A stretch of DNA of 64,000 bases from Isurus oxyrinchus (Eukaryota), in contig JANJGN010000024.1 in NCBI GenBank assembly GCA_026770705.1, positions 31,310,001 through 31,374,000 on the forward strand. Direction: 5' to 3'. This document shows, piece after piece, positions 49,770-59,999 of this stretch. The translations under genes were made by a program, and so were the position numbers. The notes below the pieces were generated by a model. The model saw only the letters and a list, made by a program, of their open reading frames with translations. It was not told the DNA's origin and did not search any database. How positions within the stretch are numbered: the first letter of the stretch is position 1; each line of letters opens with the position of its first letter.

Positions 49770-51270
49770 TCCGTTGAGTGCCTTTTGGACACAGTGGAGG
49801 CTCACTGTGATGTCACCTACCCCCACACTGGCCGCAGGATGGGCAGCAACCTTACTAATCCAGCTTGGGAGGCCCTGGCAGCAGTGGTTAGTGCCAATGC
49901 CCTGCAAAAGAGGACAGCCACCCTGTGACATTACAGGGTGAATGTTCTCATTGTTCTGCCAAGATAAGTCACTCTTCTCATCACTCTCAACTCACACACT
50001 CACAAACCTATCACACATCCACAGGGATCTCACACTTCAAGGGACAACATCACTAACTCTCACACACACCATCACATTTCCATCAGCCTCATGCCCTCTC
50101 GAGTTTGCGTCCTCAACCTGTCCATTTCTCCACTCACCACACAAACATTCCACGCAGTGCCATGTGTCCAGCTCACACTCCCTCCATTTGTTTTCATGCA
50201 GGAGAAGCTAGCTCACATCAGCAGGATGAGGTCCCAGATAGGGGGTGGAGTGGCCCACATTAGGCCCCTCACTCACTTTGAGGAGTCTGCCATCGCACTG
50301 ACTGGTTGTATGGACCGTACCTGCAGTGATGGGGAGGTCGGCGCCAAACACCCTGGTAAGAATCCTGTACCACATTATCCCTATCTCAATGCAAATGTGA
50401 GTGCTCTCCTGCTTTTGACTCTGCTGCCATGCGCTACTTATCTCTACTTTGCTTCACAGGGAGTTCTGCCAAGCAACCGACACCCTCAGCCAGCCAATCC
50501 TTCAGCTCCATCCAGTCCTCACCTCCAGCCAAGAGGACACCTCCTCCATTGAAGACCTGGAAATAAGCAGCCTGGAAGACCCGTCACAGCGCTTACTGGC
50601 ACCCTATACCAGGACAGAGACGCACACCTCAGTGGGACCTAAATTTAGAGCAGGCTTGGGTTCACAACCTGGTGGTCACTGCATGGACACATGTCCGCAG
50701 CAGGACGAAGCAGGTTCAGCCGAGCTCCCCGGCACTCAGAGGACTGCTGGGATCAGGCATCTGTGAGTTCCGAGTCACATAACGAGTCTCTGGATTTGGC
50801 CTTCCAACTCATCGCGGAAAGTCAGCAGAAGGCATGAGACCATCACGTGGATCTGCTGGAAGCACTCAACAGAGTGACACGTGAGTTGGAAGAGTGCGTC
50901 TGCCTGCTCTCTGATGAAGTGGTGCCCACATGTGTGTGTATGGAAGTCTCCATAAGGAGTATGGCAAACACCATGAGGACCCTGGTCCAGCAGAACGCAG
51001 AGATGTCTGCAGACCTGCACTCCAGCACAGGAGCCCTGGGTGAGTTCCTGCAGTAATGCGAGATGGAAACAGGGCATCTCAATGTCCCACCAGGTGCTCC
51101 TTCCCCTCAAGGAGTCAGGCTGAGATCCCCAGGCACCCCAAGGGAGGAGGAGCAGCAGCTGGACACCCCTGGGTCATCCACTCAGGAATCTCAGAGGCTG
51201 TCCTCTCCCTCCAAGTCCCCTTTGCCTGTGACCCCCTCAACCTCATCCTCTGTCACCACAGAGGGAGCAG
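49770..51270 (+). pseudogene. Harbinger Myb/SANT DNA-binding protein gene, decayed (exons about 49770-49963, 50202-50355, 50460 to about 51270)
   Basis: AWEALAAVVSANALQKRTA; acceptor ttttcatgcag|EKLAHISRMRSQIGGG..LTHFEE; donor G|gtaag at 50356; acceptor ttcacag| at 50459. Confidence 0.7.
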
Positions 51271-51984
51271 CTGGCCAAAGAGTGATTCTGGAGGGAGAAG
51301 TGTGTGTGTATAGCAAGGCCTTTCAGATCCTCATGAAAGCACTCTCCCATGCACATGGATCCTTCCCATTTCACACTCACCTCAATGTCCAGAACCATTT
51401 TGAATGCTGCCTGCTGGGGATCGCTTTCAGTTGTCCACCTGAGCTGACCTGCATCTCCATCCACCCACTGATCTCACTCCCATGCAGCACCTGATCTCGC
51501 CCACCACAACTGTCATTTCACTTTCAATTTGGACAGCATGGTCTGGATTCGCTTTATTCGTCAACTCCTCCATCTTTTCCCCTCCCGCAGTCACCCATTT
51601 CCTTTCCCCCATTACAGTTGACCCCCCTGGCATCACCTTCCACCTCCCCTCCATGACCTACCAGCCACAATCCTTTTCCTTCGGGGATGTCCAGGTGAAT
51701 GTGCATGTTCCCTTCCTTCCCGAAAATCCTACCTCCATCCACATTCACCTCACTGACCTCCTCCTTCCCATCCCCAGGGTCTTTGTCTGCCTCCGAGTCC
51801 GCACCAAACACACTCGTCGTCCCTTCTACCACCACCACCGAACCCTTACCCTCCCACCCTATCACCTCACTCTGCCCTCAATCATTCTCACCATTCCCTC
51901 ATAGCAAACCCATCCTCAGTTTCTCTCCAGGAGGCAGTCATGGACCCATCAGACCCCTCTCTTGCACATTCACCTGGACATCTT

Positions 51985-52820
51985 CCGCTCTGGAACCCTT
52001 CCTGCACCACCCCCACCAACCCAGAACCCCTTCCCCGCCTCTGGACCCCTTCCCACCCGGACCCTGGAGCCCCTTCTCCCCAAGACTCATCCTCTGCTCA
52101 TCCCTGAAACCCCTTCCCCCCTTAGGACCCTTCTCTCTTGGAACTCCTTTCCCCCCCGAAACCCCTTCCTCCCCATTTGGTCCCTCCCCCCTTCCCGATC
52201 CTCAGGCACACTTACTTCTGCCGCCCTTAGTCCTTCCCCCCTCCCAAATCCTTCCCCCAACCTTGCCTCTTCCTCCAACCTTACCTCTTCCTCCAGCTCC
52301 ACTCCTTCCCTCTTCCTAACACCTTCCTCCACCTTTAATTCTTACCCTACCGTTACCCCCTCCCCTCTCCGTACTTCATTTCTCCCCCAGACTCCCTCCA
52401 TTTCTGCACTCCTTCCCCCTGGACTCCCTTTCTTTACACACTCCTTCCTCCCCCGTATTCCTTCCCCTCTCCACACTCTTTCCTCCTCCTGCATTCCTTC
52501 CCCCGTCTGAACGCCTTCCCTTACACCTTCTACCCCACCTTACATCTACACCCTCAATTGCCATCTTCTCCCCTTTTACCCCCTTTTCCCCCATACTTCC
52601 TCCCCCCTCCCAACACCACCTCCTGCCATCTTCACTCCCCACATAACCTCACCCCCCGACACCTACTTTTGTCCCCTCCCCACCTCACCCCTGCGGACAC
52701 CTTCATTCCTCCCTTGCCACCTCACCCCCCCACCACCTTCATTCCCCCGCTCCTAACCTCACCCCCAACATCTTTACCTCTCCCAACCAATCCTAGACCT
52801 TCCTCTCCCACCCCTCGGCC
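51985..52820. repeat. C/T-rich low-complexity tract
   Basis: About 800 bp of degenerate cctcccc/cttcc runs. Confidence 0.85.
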
Positions 52821-55800
52821 ATCATCTGTTGTGAGTGTCAATGGCAATATTCCAACTTCTGTGAGCTGCTTCACAGCAGAGCCGTGTGCATGAGAATCCA
52901 CCCAGCAAGCCATGAGCATTCCTCCAGTCTGCCGTTGGATTCTGTTGGGCTCCAGATTCTTCTGCTCCTCTGAGGTCTGCAAAGGGCCAAGGCCCAGGCG
53001 GTAAGTCCTGACTTCTGCACGTCACAGTTGTCAAGGCATGTTCTGCACCGACGTACTTTCCCAGCGCCATGGACGGATGATCTAATGGTGGGGCGGTTGG
53101 GTGGGGGGGTGGGGGGGGATCAATCCGGCAGGCTAGTCTTATAATGATATACTGATGTACCACGATGAGGTTCCTGACGTCGGTTGGCGGGGAATGCGGC
53201 TGAGCAGACAATCGCAAACTGGTTTCACTGCATCGTGAAACCAATTTTTAGCCATCTCACCATATTGTCCGCCCATGCTACTGAACATACCCGATGCCAA
53301 CGGGCACGAAAAACCCAGGCCTAAGCCTAGACGTATAAGCAAATCGCCGAAAAATTTCAGGAACTTGTAAATTTATTGTTTTTGTATAACAGCTCATTCA
53401 GACACAATATTACTTTCTTTTGCTTTCATGAAAATAGTTCTATTTTCTAAGGGTAAACCGTTAGTTAGAAAAAAGGGGGATGCCATAACATGAGGTAGAT
53501 GAACTTTTAAGAAGGCGTATCTTAAACTGCTGTCATCACTACCATGTCAACAGAATATAATGTACTAGTCCCATAACTTGTTGTCAGTTTACAAATGGAA
53601 GCAGTAGGAGTTCAATGTATCATTCACAGTCTCTAAGTTAATTCAATCTGTATATAGTCTTAGCTTCAAATAAAATACCCACATTATTATTTACCAATCC
53701 TTGTCGCATGATTGATACATGTAAGTTGAAGAGAGGAACATAACAGAAAGTTTACTTTGATACTCTCTCCTCAGATGCTGCCAGACCTTCTGAGTATTCC
53801 CAGCATTTTCTATTTATATTATAGACTAGAGCTCCTATTTGAGAGAAGGTAATTTGAAATAATGGATCAGAGGGAATATTTTTTGCTCTTCCAGGGTATT
53901 TGTAGTTATTCTGGTCTCTCATCTTCTATCACTTACTTGTACCCTGTTTTCTATCCTTTCTTCTCCCCGAACAGTAGGTTGAGAAAAGACGGGATTCAGA
54001 GTTGTTTTTGTGACTATGTTGTTGCATGGTTTAGAGAGATCTAGATTATTTATGTTTCATTCATAACCACCAAATAATTCTGCGCTTGTAAAAACTCTGA
54101 GAGTCTGTGGTGGTCAATGAAACGTCCTAACGTTGATTTAAAACTGAAAATGCAGGTGTATTTCTCTCCTGTATTAGATATCAACATCATGCTGCTGGTT
54201 TTGAGCAATTGTTATTTGGCTACTTATTGAAGTCTCATGTTGTCATTACACTACAATTGAAACAAGAGGATGTCTCATGTAAGCTGATGTCTTTTGCCAT
54301 GAGCCCATCTTTCTGTAAAAGGATCATATAATGAGCTTATGAATGTGTATGGCATGTGCAAGCCTTAAAAAAGCATATTTTGCAAGTCACTGCTTGTACC
54401 ATGCTCCATCGTGCTCCCATTTGCAGACATTAAAATCAGGACCGTTGCTAATCGGGCCCAGTTCTATAATCTGTGCTCCCCACAAGAAAGACTCCATACT
54501 GGAAATCTTGAATCATAAAATGTATCTCAGAAGTGAAGCGCTTAACTGATTTTCTTGAACTTGGTATATGTACGCATAACGCTTAAAATCTTTCAATTCT
54601 CTTTGCACAAAGCCAAAGGAGAGTATTGCGACAGGTCTTTCAGTTTAGCAAACTCTCCAGTGCCCCAAGAAAACAAAAATATATTGTCTTTATTTGCTTG
54701 CTTTAAAACAGAATAATCAAAGTTGTTGCTCAAGGGGTCCTGTCATGGTTGATCTCCCATCTTCCATTTCTGTTCTTATAGTTCAATGCTCTGATGACAA
54801 GGGCAACCATAGAGCCATCGATTGTCACCAGGTGGTGTCAGGGGTGCCCTACATAGACCATGGAGCAGCCATTAAGGAAGGCCCCCTTCTGGCAATTTGC
54901 TGGGAGACTGGCATGGTTCTCCTGGTGGTCTTGCCATTATGTGGGGACCTGTCCTGTGACAGGTAAAATGCAGGTAGGGCGGGAAGTGGCTATTAATGGA
55001 CCACTTAATTGATTTAATTAGCCACACTCTTCCTGTTGGAGGGTGGCCACATTGCTCCTGTTCCCTCCCTTGGGAATATCTTCTGGTGGTAGGAAGACAT
55101 CAGCCTACCCTCCTGATGGTTTCCACTGCTTTTTTATGAGGCAGCACACCACCCCTCCGCCTCCCCTTCAGCCCATCTCCAGAGATGCGGTAAAATCCTA
55201 CCCTACATTGTTAATTTGCTAACCCTGCCTGAATATAATATACCTCCTCCTTGACCTTTGCATCTATTTATTTATTTAACCCATTGCCTGTAATTTATAA
55301 TGCATATAAGCTTCACTATTTATTTTCTGCTTCTCTGCTTGAGTTTTATTTGTTTCGATTCATTTATATTGCAATAATAACGTGTCTTGAATGTTGAGAG
55401 TATTTTAACTGTTGTAAACAGAGTTACATGATTTGCAGAAGCAATTTGAATTATAAATCACACTGTGGTACAAACATGAAATTATTTTTCAAAAAGGTTG
55501 CTTATATATTTACATTGAAAAATCTACTTAAAGACTCCGTCTAGACTTCAGCAGATGGATAATTATTTAACAGGTTAGCATTTGCAATAGTGGCAGTCAG
55601 GACATAGGCAGAAAGAATTGTACACTGAAACAATACGATCTATCAATTATATGGAAATGGATGGGGGATAGCCAGCTCTTTCCACTACCTGCGTGGAGGA
55701 TTCACACTTAAAGTTGCACTCAGTGTGTGTTCTTGCTCCCTCTAGTTATCCCCCTACTCACCTGATTCCTTGCCATGTCATGGATAGCAAGCTTCCCTCC

Positions 55801-57340
55801 CATGCTTTTTCTTTCCTCACCAGAATGCCACAACAATGACTCAGTTTTGGCAAGGGCAAGGTGTGCTATGGGGGGCAGGCTTCAACACAACCTAGTCCAA
55901 TTCAGTTGGTGACCACACTTTGATGACATTTGACCTGGAAGCAGTAAGGAGAAATTGTTATTTCTTCAAAATGTCTGTGGAATCTGTAATTGTTTTTAAA
56001 AATGTCTGAAAATAACTTTTTAAGAGTTTGCATCAATTTTAAAGGGATCAATTGTAATTTTCTTGTATCATAAGAAATTCTGGTCCATATGACCTGGCGA
56101 CCCTTGCCCTGAAAGCAGTACCAACAGAAAGGAAGTTAAGAAAGAAGCTGTACGGCTGGTTCAAGGAGAGCTGCAGACACAAAGGAGAGCCATAAGCAAA
56201 GGAAGTGCAGGTGATCAACACACAGATGCAGGCACAAAGAGAAAGCAGACAAGAGATAGAAAGAGGAAATCAGGGAATTCTTGTGAGGAGAAAAATCAAA
56301 TCACTCTCAAGGAGAGGTTGAGTTTTTCTATATGGCAGGAAAAGAGACAGGAGTTCTTGAAGGTACTGTGTGAGCTGGCTAAAATGATCTAGAACCAGGA
56401 AAGCTGTGTGAATAGTTCGGAGACACTAAAGAGCTGAGTGTTTCCCAGAAGTCGCAAAACTGTGATCTGGGATGTTATCAATTGATCCATTGAAAAGGAA
56501 CCCTGGAAATCTACATCAAAGGGACTATCATGACCCAGTGTGCCTTGCTGATGATAATCATACCTGTGAAACTTGAAGGTGAAAGCTGTTGTCAGAGAGG
56601 GCTCCTGACCCACCCTGTGTGAAGGAAGAACATCATAATGTAGGACTGTGAGGCCATGGAGTGTGACATTTGTGTGGAGAATGTTGCAAATGCTTGTGGT
56701 TGGGGAAGACGTATCTTTGTTGTGTCAACTATTTAAAGTGAAATTTACCTTTTTATTTGAATTATCATTTGCCAGTTAATTCATGTGTATTTTTTTTATT
56801 GGTTCAGATTCTTGTTTAAAAGCAAATGCTAGAAAAAATGGAATCTTGTTGGTAATTTCTTCATTTGGGGGTCATTCAATAAATTTGGTTATTTTGGTTA
56901 GGGTTTCCCTAAGAGAAACATAACAAAATTAGGGGCTTTAGTCTGGGATATGAACCCAGAAACTGAAACAGGTCCACTTTGACTTTCCAGTATTTAAACA
57001 AATAATATTTCACATTTGCTTTTGCTATCTTGTATTGGGAAATCAGCATGAGTACCTTTGAGGCTCAAGCCTTTGTTGAGAGAGATGATCTGACTCTAAG
57101 AGACTTGAAACAGTTGAGACAAGATGACTTACAGGCTGTAGCATGGTATGTGGGGATTAACATAAGGCCAGGAGCTAAGAGGGACAGGATCCTTGAAGAA
57201 CGGCTGGCACCTGGGCCTCACGGAAGAAATGACCAGTTCCATTAGTCATTGAGTACAACTGGCCAGATTGGAAGAAAAGAAATAGAACTAAGAAAGGTTT
57301 AATTAGAAAGAGAGAAATTAGCAAGAGAGGTAAGAAATTG

Positions 57341-58756
57341 GGGCCCAAATCTTCCACCACACTTACGTCGCTGATACGCATCGGGACCCTAAGGAAGTCT
57401 ACGTGGGCTCTTCAGTGCTACTTATGTAGAAAGTTTAAACTTTCCATTGCCAATTTTTCCCCTGCTCAAAATCTTTGCGATTCCTAAGACAGTAGAATCA
57501 GATGCCCAGTACCATGGAGACTTGGACTGTTTACCTATAGTTACCTTGGTTTTTACACAGAGTTATTTAGAGCTTTACAAAGCCTGTTCAGGACCTTAAA
57601 AACTCTTAAGTAAATCAGCTGGAGTGTTAAAGCACAAGGGCACTTTGACACAGTATTCCTAGCAATGTTCACCTCCACTCCCAGTAACGTTCATGCCCCC
57701 CTGGCAATGTTCACCTCCTCTCCCGGCAACATTCACCCCCTCTCCCTCCTGGCAATGTTCACCACCCCCCTCCCCCGGCAATGTTCACCCCCCTCCTGGC
57801 AATGTTCACCTCCCTCCCGGCAATGTTCACCTCCCCTCATGGCAATGTTCACCCCCCCTCCTGGCAATGTTCACCTCCCTCCCGGCAATGTTCACCCCCC
57901 CTCCTGGCAATATTCACCTCCCTTCTGGCAATGTTCCCTCCCCCTCCTGGCAATGTTCCCTCCCCCTCCTGGCAATGTTCCCTCCTCCTCCTGGCAATGT
58001 TCCCTCCCCCTCCTGGCAATGTTCCCTCCCCCTCCTGGCAATGTTCCCTCCCCCTCCTGGCAATGTTCCCTCCCCCTCCTGGCAATGTTCCCTCCCCCTC
58101 CTGGCAATGTTCACCTCCCTCCCGGCAATGTTTACCCCCTCCTGGCAATGTTCATCTCCCTCTCAGCAATGTTCACCCCCCTCCTGGCAATGTTCACCTC
58201 CCTCCCAGCAATGTTAACTACCACATCCACCCCGCTCACAGCATTCATCCTTTTCTTCCGACTCACCTCCTGGAATCCATGGCTCCTATCCAACCGATGT
58301 TGGAAGAGTCAGCCTGGGAGTATGGAGGGTAAGGGGTGTTGAGTATTTGTGCGGGATGGCTGGTGGGGGGGTGGCAGTGACCACTGTTAAGGAGTGAAGG
58401 AGCGAGTGGGCATTCCGGGGTGGGAGTGGGTGGGTGGCTGGTAACAGGTGGTAGCACTGTCAGTGGGGTGAGGCTGTGCAGTTTCAGAGATTGACGGCTC
58501 CATTAAAAACAATGTTAGCCAATAAACTGAAGATAGACCTTAAGAGGCATGTCTTCAGTTCATGATGAGAAAAAGGGATGTGGCTGCGCTGGAATTACAT
58601 TCGATACTTGGACGTGCGACTGTAGTTATGCCTGCAATCCTGCTGGAGCTAGCACCATAAGGTGCAAATGCTGCAGTGTAAAATGGTAATTGGGCAGGTT
58701 AAATTGTACTCAGTATTGGATGCACCCTCTCCGATGCTAACAAGAAGATCTAGGCC
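57341..58756. mobile_element. MITE-like DNA element inserted in the gag
   Basis: Imperfect TIRs ggcccaaatcttc / gaagatctaggcc; the E/R-rich gag sequence resumes immediately after it. Confidence 0.65.
57661..58216. repeat. 21-22 bp minisatellite (GGCAATGTTCCCTCCCCCTCCT)n
   Basis: Exact 22-bp period from 57949 to 58081; roughly 25 units in total. Confidence 0.95.
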
Positions 58757-59897
58757 AAGGAAAGAGATTGGAAAGGAAGAGATTGAGAGAGAGAGAAATG
58801 AAAAAACTCAAAATGGAGCATGGGTTCCAATTACAATTGATGCAACATGAGGCTGACTCAGGGAGAACTCCTTGATTTTGATTTGGTGAAGAATTTTTGC
58901 TTAACACTGAAAATTAGCGAGGAGGTAATAGAGACATTTCTACTTTACACCCTTGGAGAAAATAGCCATGAGTTTGAATTGGCCAAGGAAACAGTGGGCT
59001 ATGAGTAAAGTATCTTGGGATGCTGATGGGAACTGGATCTGGGAGTGATGGCTCTAGTGAAACTGCTCAAGATGTGTCACTGCAGCTGCACAATATCTGG
59101 GAATCTCTATTTATGCAGAATTATATTGAAAAAACAGGGAGCATTGGAAGTACACAGATGCAGAAACGCAGGTTAACACTTAGGTGGCATTGCCAAATTT
59201 TCACTCCTGGCGCTTAAAAAAAAATCAATAATTTTTTATCACTTTATCCTGAACACTTAGAAGTATTGTTCAGGCTCGATGCAATGTTGCTGAAAAGTGA
59301 GGTGAAAAATGTGACAATGTTTGAAATGATGCAGAATGCCCTGATCGAATGAAGCATTTCTGGAGCTTTGCTGTGATGAAACAATTTATAGGCAGAAGAT
59401 GGGGCGAGTATTCAGATTCCATAAAATGACAGGATGACAGCTGTCGATCCTCATTATTTTACATGTCAACTTGCAGTTTCCGCAGGCCTTCGCTGAGTTT
59501 TCTTTCGGCCAACGTTGATGAAATCAGCGCAAAGATCTTGGAATTTTAAGCACAAATTACATTCAATGTAAATCAAGTTTCTGCGCTTTATCACATTAGT
59601 TTTCATAACATTGTGCTAGCAGCAGGCCCTGCCCACAAAACTAAACACACTCCCAAATCTAAATAATCACCACTGGGTGTTTTTACTAAATACACTTGTT
59701 TGCAGGCCTTTGAGGAGACTCTTGAACATTAAGTGTCTTTTTTTCAGCTCAAAAGAAACAAAGAAGTTCATTTTGAAAGCTTTTCTTTAAAATTTACTGA
59801 GAAACTGACTACTGTCCTCAAATGGCTAGGTAAAGAGCAAGCACAGACCCTCTGGGCTGAATGGCCTCCACCATGCTGCATGATAAAATGTTTCTAT

Positions 59898-59999
59898 GGG
59901 TGGAATTTTCATGGTTCTGCTAAAGTCAATGGAGTTTTGGATGGCTTACCACATTTTATGGCCCTACCCCTGCTGCATCGGGGCTGTAGAATTCCACCC
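59898..59999. mobile_element. 102-bp Harbinger-type mini-MITE
   Basis: Perfect TIRs gggtggaatt / aattccaccc; TSD tat at 59895-59897 and 60000-60002. Confidence 0.85.

Larger units (their letters stand above)
49555..53321 (+). mobile_element. Harbinger transposon derivative with a three-exon Myb/SANT gene remnant
   Basis: Canonical TAA TSD at 49552-49554 and 53322-53324; termini match the other Harbingers in reverse orientation. Confidence 0.9.
45167..53745 (+). mobile_element. Second copy of the RT-less Gypsy-type LTR family, hosting nested insertions
   Basis: LTRs 45167-45427 and 53481-53745, homologous to 6624-6889; PBS TGGTGGCAGC; PPT AGAAAAAAGGGGGA; TSD gaaat/gaaag; gag segment DKQAIKIKIA matches YKQAIKIKVA; C-terminus ITKPRRISKSPKNFRNL* is restored by removing the Harbinger. 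Confidence 0.9.
55956..59010 (+). mobile_element. Gmr1-like Gypsy element: 5' LTR 55956-56925, tRNA-Pro-like PBS and decayed gag
   Basis: TGTTA...TAACA, then aaattaggggctttagtctgggat (compare TGGGGGCTCGTCCGGGAT); gag-like LRDLKQLRQDDLQAVAWYVGI, FDLVKNF and EKIAMSLNWPRKQWA. Confidence 0.75.

Noticed and set aside
51699-52893. Proline-rich, extensin-like ORFs
   Set aside because: Artefact of a C-rich low-complexity tract inside a transposon
57661-58342. Regularly spaced repeats as a CRISPR array, or the 174-225 aa Pro-rich ORFs as genes
   Set aside because: The units are head-to-tail with no unique spacers, the context is eukaryotic, and the ORFs are open in all frames only because the unit lacks stop codons
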